Below are positions 17,681 through 30,137 of a stretch of 64,000 nt of DNA, in pieces. The stretch is taken from assembly GCA_963736115.1 (NCBI GenBank), contig CAVTNR010000002.1:111226-175225 (forward strand), in the 5' to 3' direction. A program made the translations under genes and the position numbers. Below the pieces are notes generated by a model that made no database searches, was not told where the DNA came from, and saw nothing but the letters and a program-made list of their open reading frames with translations. Source of the DNA: an uncultured bacterium (GTDB taxonomy: Bacteria > Zhuqueibacterota > QNDG01 > DTFT01). How positions within the stretch are numbered: position 1 is the stretch's first letter; each line of letters opens with the position of its first letter.

Positions 17681-20454
17681 TCATCGGATCAACGTCGTTT
17701 TACGCAGAACGGCGCGGCCGCCCAGCACGATTCGCGCGGTGTAAACGCCGCTCGGCACGGATTCGCCTGCGTCGTTCCGGCCGTCCCAGGTGATGCGGTG
17801 AACACCGGACCGGAGAGCCGCGGGTGGCCATGCGCGGACCCGTGCGCCGCGGCTGTCGTAAACCGAAACGCGAACCGTCTCGTCGGACGGCAGGGCGATT
17901 TCAAACGCGGTTTCCGGATTGAAGGGATTCGGGAATCCCGGGCTCACGGAAAATCGGACCGGAACGCCGGATCCGGATTCCGCGTCCGAGACTCCGGAAG
18001 TCCGGACCAGCCGGCGGGCCGGTCCGGCCGAGAGCATCAGTCCCTCGCCGTCAAATGCCTGGACGGTCCAGAAATACAGAAGGCCATTCGGCACGGACAG
18101 GTCGACGGACGTGCCGTCCAGAATCGTGTCGACCGCAGCGCCCGGACCGAGCCTGAGAGAATCCGCGTCGAGCGTGAAACGGTAGCGGACGAGATCTCCA
18201 GGGTCGGCGTTGGCTGATTCCGTCCAGGCGAAACGCATGACAATGCCTGAATCCGCGGCTTGTGCGCCGTCTTCCGGCGCCATCAGGCTGAAGGGACCGG
18301 GCGGATCAGTCACGGCTGTGACCGACAGGATGAACGTCTTCTCGTCCGAATCACCGGAAGGGTCCGTCACCCGGATCCGGACCGAACCGAATCCGTTCCA
18401 GTCCATGGGCGGGCTGATCCGCCAGACGCCTGCGGCCGCGTCCCTCAGGACCTGGAGCGGCAATGCCGCATTCAGGGATACGGTCAGGACATTGAACGCA
18501 TCGCCGTCGTCCCGCACGCGTTGCGCGATCCAAATGTCGGACAGAACCAGGGCGCTGTCTTCCAGCACCGTGGTGTCGGCAAGGTCCGCGACAACGGGCG
18601 GATGCCTGACAATCATTTCAAATAAAGCCGTCACAGCGACCGGATCATCCATAACCACGGTCAGACTGCCGTCCGCGTTCGGCGTCCCGGAGTCCCAGCC
18701 GGAAAAGCGGTACAGGGGATTGTCGGATTCCGCGGTTAATTTCACGGTCCGGCCCGCATTGAACCAGGGACCGGCCGGATCGGTGCGGATGACTAGGCCC
18801 GGAACCGTGTCCGGCAGAACGTGGAGCGTGAGGAGAAATTCGTTTTCGTATTTCACCGTCTGCGTCACCGGCCCGCCGAGGACCGTTTTAAATGACGGCG
18901 CATCGCCCGTGTAGCTTCCGATGCCGATTCCCGTCCACCCGGCGAAGGCCAGCCGTGTGCCCGCGCCCGCCTCCACCACGGTGTCCGCGGAGACGGTGAC
19001 GGTGGAGTCCGCAAAATGCCAGCCTTCCCCGGCTACGGCCTCGGGAAAAGGTTCGCCCGTGATTTCAAGCAGGTACCGGAGCCCGTACCGGGCCGTGTAC
19101 AGAGCCGCGGAGGGATCGGTCAGGATACGGCGAACCCGGTCTCCGCCGTCGTCCCATCCGGTGAATGCGTACGACGCGCCACGGTCGACCGGATGATACG
19201 CCGCGGGCCTGACCCAGTGCGCGGAGCCGGCCGGCCAGTTCAGGTCCTGCGGTGTCCTGCGGGCCGAGCCGTCGATCCGGATCAGAACGTCCTGCACCGG
19301 CTCGGACTCAAAACGGACGGCTGTTCCGCCGCTCCCCGACGGGACATTGAAGAAGAAAGCGCCGATGTCACACTTGGATCCGTCCGGATCCGGGAAAACA
19401 CCTGCCACTCCGGCCTCGATGCAGGGAGATCCAGCGGCGAGGCGATAGTCGCCTGTGCCGGAATCGGCAAATTGCGGGTCATCATAGACGATGCCCTCGT
19501 GCCAGTCCGTCTCGTCCTGAATGCAGTTGTTCCGGAACAGGCCTGTGCCCGTATTCCCCACCTGGAAGTACAGTTCGTCGCCGTTATTCCACATAATATT
19601 GTTCAGAACGGTCGGCTCCGCGCCCGTGCGCATGATCACTTCGAACCCGCGCGCCCGTTCCGCGCCGCCGTTGTTCGCCAGCGTATTGTTCAGGATCAGG
19701 GCCAGGGAATACCGAACCGTGATGCCGCTCCCGCAATAACCTGAATTGTGAATAATCAGGTTCCTTTCCACAACCGGCCCCATGCCGTCGACATTTCCGA
19801 ATGCGCCGTCCGCCCCGGTTCCGCCGGAGACCAGGATACCGCCCCCGGACCAGGAACTGACATTGTCCCGGATCACATTGTTCCGGATCACGCTGAGCCA
19901 GCCGCCGGTAAGCACTCCCGCGCCGTTCGCCCCTCCGCCGTTCCGCACGGTGAAGCCGTCGAGCAGGGTGAAGTGGGACAGGGTGACCACGGACCGGGTT
20001 CCGTCTCCGATCAGAACGGTCGGATGCGCCGTCAATGTCGCGGTCCTCCAGATCGTCCTCCAGACCGCAGAATCCGCCGAACAGGCAGACGCGGGAGGGA
20101 AGGTCCACGGATTCCAGGTATTCTCCTTCCGCGACCCACACCCAGCCGCCTTCCTCGCCGAGCGCTTCCACGGCTTCGCGTATGCCGTGAAACGCGTCCA
20201 GCCAGCCGGAGCCGTCGCTGCCGTCCTCCGGCGCGTGGATCGACGTAAACGATGCGCATCCCGCCGTTCTGTTCATAGAGGATCCGCATCATTTCTTCAT
20301 AATTCCAGTACCGGTCCGACAGATCACGGCTGAGATCAAAGGCCCGGTACGCGGGCCCTGCGACATGACGCCACCGTTCGTCCGACACCGCCGGCTGCAA
20401 CAAACCGAAAATGACGGTCAGAATGAAAAACCGCACCCATGCCCGCTTCCGCAT
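17681..20454 (-). CDS. ~920-aa secreted protein: DUF1565-like N-terminus, right-handed beta-helix, GEGW repeat, Ig modules and FlgD-Ig sorting domain; split by two apparent frameshifts (~20240, ~20035)
   Basis: Joining track ORFs 20032-20454 (signal peptide...IVYVD), 19584-20276 (DGSGWLDAF.GI.EAV...VWVAEGEY) and 17681-20035 (LDGFTV.NG, GGGI, DPQF..DYRL..GSPCI) gives one coherent protein. Confidence 0.78.
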
Positions 20455-20640
20455 AAAGAACAGTTCCTTATAATTAAAATAAATGCCGACCGGTCAGTGC
20501 TCTGCCCCTGTTCGAAACGGCCCTGCCGGGTCCGCCCGATAGACGGATTCTGGCCGGAGGCGTTCCGCCTCCGGCCAGAGTATCCAATTTATCAAACAGA
20601 AAGCGACAAATCAAGATTAAATGAAGATGATGAGACTTGA

Positions 20641-23600
20641 TTATTTCAGCTTGACCATCTTGAGGGTCCGATGCTGATCCGAACCGGACAGCCTGTAAAT
20701 GTACACGCCCGTGGACGCTTCCTTGCCGCTCATGTCCCGTCCGTCCCATTCCGCGGAATAATAACCCGCGTCATGGTCGCGGTCCGCCAGCACGGCCACG
20801 CACCGGCCCATGACATCGTAAATGGTCAGTGTGACGCGCTGGTGTTTGGTGACCTGGTACCGGATGGTGGTCACCGGGTTGAACGGGTTCGGATAGTTCT
20901 GGGTCAAACCGAACATTTTCGGCACAGGCACGGAAGCCGTGATCGGGCCGTTGGCATTCCGATTGCCGTAAGCGTCCACATCATAGATCTTGTAGTAGTA
21001 ATTGCGGCCCACCTGGATCTGGGTGTCTTCGTACCGGTATTCCCGGTCGCTCCGGCACGGAATCAAATCGGGCGTGATGATCCGGTATTCGCCGTCCAGG
21101 GAAGTGGCCCGGCCGATTTCGAATCCGGCCGTATGGGTCTCGCCTGCCGTGGACCATTCCACCGCGATGAAGATCCCGTCCTCGTCAAAGGACGCGGCCA
21201 TTGCGGCCATCTCCACCGCCTTGGCGACCAGCTTGACATTCCATCGCCGCGATACCAGGATGAATCCGTCGCTGATAAAGCAGTCCACGGTATGGTACCC
21301 CAGATTGGTTTCGCTCGGTTTATATTCGAGGAACGGAAGGTCCGATCCGACCGCGGTTCCGTCCCATTGCCAGGTGTAATGCAGGGCGTCGCCGTCCGGA
21401 TCGCGCGCGTCCACCCGGAAGCTCAACCGGTCGCCTGCCTTGCATGTGGTGTCGTTCACGATGGGGGTCTTGCCCAGAACCACGGGCCCCTGATTGACAT
21501 TCGCCACGCGTATGACGGTGGTGTCGGTGTCCACGCCGCCCCGGCCGTCTACGACACGGAGAGCGAAGGTGTAGACGCCTGCCTGCTCGTACGTGGGCGT
21601 CCACCGGAATGTCGCTGTGGCCGTGCCCGGCCCGGATGTCAGAGGCTGAATCACGGACCCTTCCGGCGGGAACAGGTTCCCGATCTGGAAGGTGATCACG
21701 TCCCCGTCCGAATCCGTGCCGACCAGCGGAATCATGATGTCTTCCAACTCGTACAGGTCATAGCTGTCCTGGATGAGGTCCTTGCTGAGCAGGGGATTGT
21801 TCGGATTGATCACGGACTCGAGCGTGAAGGTCACAGTGGTTCCGGTGCCCCACCAGGCCCGCACCGCCGAAACTCCCGGCGTGCTCGCGCCGATGAAATG
21901 CACGGCCGCGATGCCGTTTGCGTCGCTGGTCACGGGCTGGGGCTCGATCACGGTGCCGCCGCCCGAATACTTCTCGAACACCACCTGGATGCCTGGCACG
22001 GGATTGCCGTACACGTCCAGCACGCGCACCCGGAGCGGGTCGACGAAGAGCATGCCCAGCCTGCCCTTCTGGTTGTCACCGGAAAATTTCTCGATGCTCG
22101 CCGCGTTGATGGTCCGGCCGAGGAGGTTGAACGTCACCGGAGACCCTTCGAGGAAGGGGCTGGTGGCCTCGATCAGCACCGGACCGCTTGTCTGGCCGAG
22201 CCGGACGCTGGCATAGGCCCTGCCCGCCCCGTCGCTGACCGCGGAAAGTGACGACTGGCCGCCGATCGTGGCGTCCCCGGAAATGACCGTGAAGCGCACG
22301 GCCACGCCGCTTGCCGCATTGCCGTATTTATCCGTGGTCGAGACGACGATCGGGTTCTGAATGGTTTCTCCGACGAATCCCGACTGACCGTCGCCCGAAA
22401 CCCTGGCGATTCTCCGGGCCACGCCCGCGGCGCTGGTGACCGAGAACAGCTGCGGCGAGTTGCTGAGCGCCGCATTCTCTGCCCGGATCCAGCAGGTCTG
22501 GCCGGCCAGCGAGGCGGTCTGCACGACGGCGCTGGCGTTGCCGAAGCCGTCGGTCATCGAAGGCTGGGGCGTCAGGATGGTGCCGATGCCGCTGTAAATC
22601 GTGAAGGTCACAGGCACGCCGTAAACCGGCTTGAGCTCCTTGTCCAGCACCTGCACCACCAGCGGCTGAGGCAGGGGATCCCCGGCCGGGCCGTTCTGCC
22701 CGCTTCCGGACACCATGCGCATCGCCACGGCTGTGCCGGTTTTACCCGTCGCTGAGAAGAAGAACGGACTGCCCACCAGCGTGCCGGATGTGACCCGCAC
22801 CACGTTTTCGCCCGGGTTGGGGCCGAGAATCAGCCTGGTCCACGCGAGCCCGTCCGCATTGCTGTGCACATCCGTGTCGCCGGAAATGCGGCCTCCGCCG
22901 CCGGTCACCTCGAAATGAACCGGACCGAAGCTGGCGGGGTTGCCGTTCACGTCCATGACCTTGACCACCAGGGAATCGCGGAGCATGGTCCCGACATTGC
23001 CCGACTGGCCGCCGCCCGAATGAGCCTGAATCTTGTAGGCCCGGTCGTTCTCGAACATCACTGTGTCGCGCTGGAACAGCCACTTGGCGTCATCCACCAC
23101 ATAGGCCCGGATGATTTTCTGGCCCGCGGATAGGGAACGGAGATAACCAAAGGCCTGCCCCTGGGCGTTGGTGGGGACGGTTGGGTCCTGCGGAAAATTG
23201 TTGGTTCCGCCCGTGACTTCGAGCCGGACGCGCTTGCCCTGCACCGGGTTGAGGAATCCGTCTAGCAGAGTAACCGTGATGCGGCTTGTGTCATACTCCG
23301 TCGCCTTCACCGGACCGGTCGCGGTCACGGTCGAGGTGATAACGCTGACCGAATCGGACCCGGCGCTGGCAGTGAACACCACCGGCGAACCGTGCAGAGA
23401 ATCCAGGCCGTTGAAGGCCGTGGCCCACAGCACGTTGTTGTCCGTTCCGGCCCTGGGCCCCAGGGTCCAGACCACCGATGCCGTGCCGAAGGCGTTGTCG
23501 GTGTACACGGTCTTTGTCTTCGCCGCGGTTCCGTCGAGCACGCCGTCTCCGAGCACCACCGTGAACCGGATGCTGTCGTTCCCCACCGGGTTGCCGATGG

Positions 23601-26600
23601 CGTCGACGATCTGCGCGGAGATGGGAACGGCCAGCGGCTTGCCGGCCATGCCGGTAAGCCGGACGGCCGAGACGGGCTTGAGGGAATCCGCGTCGGACGA
23701 TTTGCTCCAGATGTGAAACACGATGGGCGTGCCCGTGGAATCGGTGAGCACGTTCAGCCCGTTGTTCGCGTTGACTTCAATGACATTGTCCACGCCGGCC
23801 TTGGTGCCGGCGATGTAGTCGATGGATGCAATGCCGTTCTCGTTGGTGTATACGGTCGCCTTCGGTGCTTGGTCGCCGGTGAAGCGGCCGTACCCCCCGT
23901 CCGGATTGCGAATTCCACGGGCTGGCCCATGACGGGCAGGCGCGACGCGTCGACCATCCGAACGGCCAGCGGATCGTCCGCCATTTCATTCACCACGACG
24001 GTCTGATTGTCGCCGGTGAGCTGGATGAGCCGGACGGCCTTGGAATAGGCCCGTATCGTGAACTTGACGGGCGAACCGTCCACCGGCTTGAAGCCGTCCG
24101 AGACCTTGGCCTGAACGATGTCCGCATAGGAGCCGCAGATCGACCCGGTCCGGACATTGGTGGAGGCCCAGCCGTTCGCGTCGGTCAGAACGACGACGGA
24201 ATCGGTGCTGTCCGTCGCGGTCCGGAAATAGAAGCCGTGTCCATAGGAGCGGAAAATGACAGGCTGGTTCCGGACGGAGTTGCCGAAACGGTCCGTCACC
24301 CAGACCCGGAGCTTGTTCTGAAGGGAATCCGAAATGGGCGCGTTCTGGCGGTTACTGCCCGCGACCTGAACCCGTCTCGCCTTGTAGAAGCACGAATCCG
24401 TGCCCACGACCGCCTGCAGGGCGCCGATCCGGGCCGTGACCTGAACGATGCCGGCCGTGTTCCCCAGGCGCAGGGTATCCTGCACTTCGCCCGCCGCATT
24501 CGTCAACTTGGGCTGTTTCACGCCCGGCAGGGCCGAGCCCTGCGTCACCTGGAAGGTGACGGCCACGTTCGCCACGGGCCGCGACGCGTCGTCCAGCACT
24601 TTGGCTTTGATGAAATTCGGCATGATGTCGCCGACATAGTGTTTCCCGGCCGGTACAACTCCGGTCATTTTCTGAATGGTCCTGACCAGACCCGTGGTTG
24701 TCAGCGCCGAGAAGACGACGTCGGTGCCCGTATACCCGGTGAAAGCGGCCTTGACCTTGTTCGTGGCGCTCTGGACGCCGAGTGTGAGCGTGGTCCGGGC
24801 CTGGCCGTTGGCGTCGGTCGTGTCCGCGACGGCGCTGAGCGTCCCGTCGCCCTCGGTGATCTGGAAGGTCACGCGGACGTTCGGCACCTTGTTGCCGTAG
24901 GTGTCGTACAGGGTGATGATGAACGGCTTGGGCAGAACGGCGCGGGCCACGCCCGACTGCTCGTCATTGCTCTTGAACATGGCAACGGGCGTTGCCGCGA
25001 GTCCCGTTTCAGTGAACACCGCGCCGTCCCCTTCGGCCACGCCGAAGGGCCGCGCCTGAACCTCGTAGTCCTTGGCCTTGATGCCCAGGGTCATCTTCGT
25101 TCCGACGATCCCGCGGGGGTCGGTGAAAAGCATGTCCACCGCTTCCATGGTGGTCGGCACATAGGTGCCGGACGGCGTCAGCAGGAGCTTGTCGACCGCG
25201 AGGTTCTCATGCAGGCTGGTCAAAATGATTTTATGCAGGCCCCTGGACAGCCTGGCCGTTGCGACCGTGCCGCTGCCGTTCCGGATGCGGCCCCACTGCC
25301 ATTGGGACGACGGCGAACTCTGAAAGAGGTTGTTCGTCCAGGGTGTGCCCGACTCCTCCAGCTGGAACTGGAGGGCGTAATGCGAGGCGTCCGGCACGAT
25401 GACCCGGATCCAGAAATAATACGTGGTGTCCTTGGGACTGTAGAATGTGAAGCTCGCCTTGCCTTCCCCGCCGCGTATCGGAGAAACGATGTACTTTCCG
25501 CCAGAGGCGCCCGGATTATCCGTGCGGACATAGTAAGGTCCGGAGAAAATGGCCCATTCGGCCTCGATGGGAAGCCGCTCCATGGGTTCGGGCGGAGCCG
25601 TGATCACGGCGCCGTCGGCCGGCGCCTTGATATTGAAAAACACGGGAACGCCGGACAGGGGCGTGTTGTTCGCGTCGAATACCTGCACCTTCAGGGAATC
25701 GGGCAGGTCGCTGCCGACCACGGCGGACTGGCCGTCGCCTCCGACTTTCTGAACACGCGAGGCCGTGGTGGCCTCGGCCACGGTGATAAAATCGGTCACG
25801 TTGTTGATCTGGTTGAGACGGCCCAGCATGATACCCGCGTACTTGGTGGTGCTGTTGTGGCGGATGTCCGGATCGAACAGGGCGCGGTCCGCGACAGGCA
25901 GTCCGTTGAGGTACACATCGAATTTGTGCCCGCCCTCGAAATTCCAGTCCATGACCACGGCCAGCGTGTCGCCGGCCCTGGGCGGACGGATGGCCCCGGT
26001 GTTGTCCCGCAGGGTGTAGGGCACTTCGTCGACCTGGCCGCTCGCGGAGCCATCCACCTCCCCGTTCTCGATGTTGTACAGGAAAACCCGGTTCGACTGG
26101 GTACGCACCCAGAGCAGGTATCCGTCCGCGGCCATGCTCGGAGCGGTGAGCATGAGCGCGAACCCAGCCTGGCCGATGCCGGCCGTGGTCGACGACCGGC
26201 CCCACACCATTTTCACGATGGACGGGTTGGTGCGGCCCTGGTATACGGCCACGCGGCCCCAGTTGCCGTCCACCTGATAATTGGTGAGTTCGCCTTCATG
26301 TGTCGTGGAATTGTAATCGATGCGGTATTCCGTGCCGTCGATCAGCCAGTCGGAGCCTATGGTCCCGTCCGGCTCCGTGGGCCGGTTGAAGGTCTCGATG
26401 ATCTGCCCGGCCGAATTGGTGCGTGCGTACACGGCCGGCGACAGGTCGCCTTTGTTGCCCCAGCCGTCCACCGCGCGCATGGCGAAGTAGTAGCCGGTGC
26501 CCGACTGGAGACCGGTGACGGAAAACACTTCCCAGGTGCCCGATTCCTTGGGCACGGGCGCGCCCGAAACGATATTGGCCCTGGAGAAATCGTTCTCGTT

Positions 26601-28121
26601 CGTGATGGCGCTGGTGGAATAGCGGATGTCATAGCTCGATGCGGTTCCGATCGATTCGTCGTTTCCGGGCGCGGTCCACCCCAGAGTGATGGACGTGTTG
26701 GTGGTGAATTCCACGGACAGGTCGCCGATGCGGGAGGGCGGAATGATGTCCGGAAGCTGGGACTCGACCATAAACCTGTCGATCACCGCGTTGTAGGCCG
26801 TTCCGCTTGAATTCTGGTTGAAGAGGATGCCCGAGTACAGGTCCGTCGTGTTGCCGGTCAGCTTGAACCGGTCCCTCAGGACAATGGCATTTTCATCATC
26901 ATCGTTCACGACAATGGTGAAATAATTGGCGTCCAGCGCCTGGCGGTAGCTGACCTTGAACACGTCGCCCGGCGCAAGATTCGTCAGCGGCCAGTTGGTG
27001 ACGTCCTGACCGTATCCCCAGCCCGCGCGGCCGCCAACCATTGTCTTGATTCGGACGGAATTGTTGTACACCCAGACCAGGTATCCATTGGCCGTTGTGC
27101 TCGCCGCGTCCAGTCCGACGATGAGCCCGACCTTGTCCGTTTCCGCGGACGTGGTGGACGAGTGCATTTTCATCGAAACCGTGGTCAGATTCTTGGATGT
27201 TGACCAGATCGCCATGTGGTACCAGTCGTCGGCCCCCACGGTCGTGCATTTCAGGCCGCCGCCCGTAGGCGTCTCGCCCGTGTTGACGATCTGCACGCCC
27301 GGCCGGACAACCCATTCGGCCCCGATTGCGGCGCGGTTGAATTCATCCGTGTACGAAGGCTGCATGATCTGCGCCACGTAATGATAGAAAATATTGGCCA
27401 TGGCCAAGTATCCGGAGGAGTTCGGGTGAACCCGGTCGATGTCGTAGTTGTAATAGGTGGTTTTGTTGGCCGCGAATGCGGTGTACATGTCGATGATCGT
27501 GACCTTGGCGCGCTCCATGGCGGTCAGCTCCGAAACCATGATTTCAAGCGCATTGTTGAATGCAAAGGTCTCGGTCTCCGTGCCCGGCGTGCTGTATTTC
27601 GGTATCACCTTGCAGAGCAGGAGGTTGTCGACATAGGAATTATTCGTGATCTTCTTGACCATGGTGTAGAGCTGGTTCATCATGGAATTGGGCGTATTGT
27701 ACGTGCCGATGGCCTGGCCGCTCCCGATGTTGTTCGTGCCGATGTGCAGGATCACGATGTCGGGCTGAAAATTGGGCCCGTCGAGAACGGCTGCGATGTC
27801 TCCTTTCAGGCTGTCCGCACCCAGAAAATTACCGATGGTGCCGCCGTCCAGGTAATAGCCGCGGTTCAGGTCCGTGTTGTCCGGATCCGTGCCCACGAAT
27901 ACCGTGCTCATGCTGTTGTTCGTGAGCAGGGTATGGAGCGAGCCCCGGTATCCCGAATCGCCGGCTCCGGGCGGATTCTGATTGACCTTGCCCCAGGTGA
28001 TCGAGTCGCCCAGCGGCAGGATTCTGACCTGTGCGGAGATCTGCCCCCCTAAGAGCAAGACCATTCCGTACACGCGAATTGCGCGCAAAAAGGTCGTGGC
28101 GCGGATGTCGGATTTGAACAT
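20641..28121 (-). CDS. ~2490-aa giant secreted protein: SGNH/GDSL hydrolase, two paralogous lectin-like domains around an FN3 domain, CBM-like insert, many Big_1-like Ig repeats, FlgD-Ig sorting domain; one frameshift at a G6 run
   Basis: GDSITWG / GTNN / DRVHP SGNH blocks, FN3 'LGWTAPG..YDIRYS..GL..GT.YYF', repeated 'GD.Q.G.VG..L..PL.V.V.D..GNPV'. Adding one G at 23893-23898 fuses ORFs 23754-28121 and 20641-23793. SD gaggagga. Confidence 0.82.
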
Positions 28122-28176
28122 GGTACCGAATCCTCCTCAGTTCTGCTTCATTTTGGAATAGGTCAAGCCCTTGGCA

Positions 28177-28192
28177 CGCAAAAGGAATGCCA
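28177..28192 (-). promoter_or_regulatory. sigma54 (RpoN) -24/-12 promoter
   Basis: Minus strand TGGCATTCCTTTTGCG has exact GG-N10-GC spacing and lies ~55 nt upstream of the giant gene's ATG. Confidence 0.72.
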
Positions 28193-28231
28193 TCTGCGGA
28201 TAAATAATCTCAGCCGCCATAATTTATTATT

Positions 28232-28244
28232 AATCAAATACTTG
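28232..28244 (+). promoter_or_regulatory. IHF-binding consensus
   Basis: AATCAAATACTTG matches WATCAANNNNTTR and is preceded by the AT tract aatttattatt. Confidence 0.62.
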
Positions 28245-28259
28245 TCGGATGGCCGACAA
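28242..28259. promoter_or_regulatory. Putative enhancer (bEBP upstream activating sequence)
   Basis: Palindrome ttgtcgg-atgg-ccgacaa, equivalent to TGT-N10-ACA. Confidence 0.5.
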
Positions 28260-28347
28260 TCCGGGAACAAGCACTTGCGCTTTGTTTATTGGCGAAAACG
28301 AATCAGATGCGCGTTTTTCATCCATGCCGTATTGATGTCTTTTTTAT

Positions 28348-28387
28348 AAAAAAGAAGGTGTCCTTCTTCGAGAAGGTCACCTTCTTT
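28348..28387 (-). terminator. Intrinsic terminator of the glycosyltransferase operon
   Basis: Minus strand aaagaaggtgaccttct...agaaggacaccttc followed by a U run. Confidence 0.7.
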
Positions 28388-28426
28388 ACGATACCTGCGT
28401 GATCCCAGCCGCCGGTTCCCCGAATG

Positions 28427-30124
28427 TCACTCCAGGCGTTTGAGAATGGTGATTGTGGGATTGACATAGAACTCCTGCATGCCCCTGCCGGTGAACACGG
28501 CCGCGACCGCGTATCCAGCCGAACCGTCCGTCAATTCCCGGTAATAACGGCTGAGCTCAGGATGAAGCTCCGCGGTCCGGTTGGAGGCAGAGACCCTGTA
28601 CCGGTCGTCGTAAAAGCTCGACAGAATGATGTATTCCGGATTCCGGCCCAGAAGCCCTTCCCGGGTGAAAGCCGAACGGTTGTCACCCTGGCCGGAATCG
28701 GACGCTTCCGATCCGTCCGCACCGGATCCGGCGAGTCCGGGCGAATCCCCCACAAAATCCGGATTGATGCGTTCGAAAACCAGTCCGGATGGAATCCGCG
28801 GCAGGTACATCTTGTAGGAATAAGCCTCTATCCGGCTTCCGGCAGGCATGCGTTCCGCCATCCATTTCTCAGCCCGGACTCTGGAATCAGCCGTGAAGCT
28901 GAGCAGGTTCCGGAACGATCCGAAAGCGGAAAACACAAGAACAGCCGCGACAACAGCCAGAACAGGCCGCTTCAGCTTCGGTCCGGACAGGACCAGACGG
29001 TCGATCAGTATCGCGGCGGACAGGATCAGGAAAGGAACCATGGGCAGTACGTAGCGTATCGCGGTGATGCGCCAGGTGCCGATATAAAGATAGTAGATCA
29101 GGGGAGGAAAAACCGCCAGGGCTTCAACCGCGGACGGCCGAATCATCCATCGGATGAGGAGGCCGACCCAGGCGGCCAGGACAAGCGGAAACAGAACAGG
29201 CCCGAAACATACGCCGAGGAGCTCGAAATTCCCCGCCCAGGCTGAGACACCCGTGAACACCTTGTACCCTTCCTTCGCGATCACGCTTTGCCTGGAGAGG
29301 GTATCCAGAAAAGTGCGGTAATCGAGAAGAGCGAAAGGCGTGGTCATCAGGAATCCGGCGGCCATAAGGCAAGCGCAGAGAAGAGCCGGCCGGAACGGGA
29401 TTGCGTCCAAAACCCGCCTGAAGCGGCTCTCCGGACGGCCTTTGCCCGCGCCCTCGGATCCGGCCGTTTTCATTGCCGCGGTTGTCATGGACGCCAGAAG
29501 AATGAACAGGATAACGGCAGTAAAAAGCGCGGCATTGTACTTGACGGACACCGCCATTCCGGCCGTGAAAGCGGCCAGGGCCAGATCGCGGGTTTTCCGT
29601 GTCTCGAGATGCCGAAGGCCGAAAAGCAGGCAGGCCAGAAGCATGGCCAGAAGCGGCACTTCCATGTAGGCGAAATGACTGTACGCCGCGTATGCGAGAT
29701 TGACCGCCAGAAAGAGCGCTGCCAGCCGGGCCGCGGCTTCGCCTGCCATCCGCTTCGCGACGCGGTGCATCAACAGCACACCGAAGACGCCGGCCATGGC
29801 CGTGGCGATGCGGCTGATCAAGCCGAGTTTTCCGACCAGGGCTTCATAATCCGCCGCGGAGATATGGAACAGTTTGATGGCCGCGAAAACCGGAGACAGG
29901 ACAGCCAGAAGGAAATAATAATAGAGGGAACCCTTGTTGAAGACATGCGGGTTGAGATCCAGGCTGCGGGCCATGGGGATGACGATCTGCTCGAGCGTCT
30001 CAGGCTCGTCCGGATACCAGAGCGCGGGCAGGCCCCACCGGATTCCGATCAGGCCGAAAGCCAGGGCCAGCACGGCCGCGGCCGGGGGAAATAGCCGATT
30101 GAGCATGGGCTGTTTGCGGTTCAT
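28427..30124 (-). CDS. GT-C fold (ArnT/PMT, GT39/GT83-like) membrane glycosyltransferase
   Basis: 'WGLP..W.PDE' first-loop acidic motif, about 11 TM segments, 'G.A.S.KYN' and 'RY.LP..PF'. Confidence 0.82.
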   Translation of the reverse strand: MNRKQPMLNRLFPPAAAVLALAFGLIGIRWGLPALWYPDEPETLEQIVIPMARSLDLNPHVFNKGSLYYYFLLAVLSPVFAAIKLFHISAADYEALVGKLGLISRIATAMAGVFGVLLMHRVAKRMAGEAAARLAALFLAVNLAYAAYSHFAYMEVPLLAMLLACLLFGLRHLETRKTRDLALAAFTAGMAVSVKYNAALFTAVILFILLASMTTAAMKTAGSEGAGKGRPESRFRRVLDAIPFRPALLCACLMAAGFLMTTPFALLDYRTFLDTLSRQSVIAKEGYKVFTGVSAWAGNFELLGVCFGPVLFPLVLAAWVGLLIRWMIRPSAVEALAVFPPLIYYLYIGTWRITAIRYVLPMVPFLILSAAILIDRLVLSGPKLKRPVLAVVAAVLVFSAFGSFRNLLSFTADSRVRAEKWMAERMPAGSRIEAYSYKMYLPRIPSGLVFERINPDFVGDSPGLAGSGADGSEASDSGQGDNRSAFTREGLLGRNPEYIILSSFYDDRYRVSASNRTAELHPELSRYYRELTDGSAGYAVAAVFTGRGMQEFYVNPTITILKRLE

Positions 30125-30137
30125 GCGCTCTCTCCGC

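Noticed and set aside
11453-28121. Diversity-generating retroelement or contractile/toxin system in the large-protein cluster
   Set aside because: No reverse transcriptase, no TR/VR pair with adenine-specific differences, and no phage-tail, RHS or RTX motifs were seen.
28171-28190. Plus-strand TTGGCACG as a sigma54 promoter
   Set aside because: There is no GC at the -12 position on that strand and no plus-strand gene downstream. The minus-strand reading fits.
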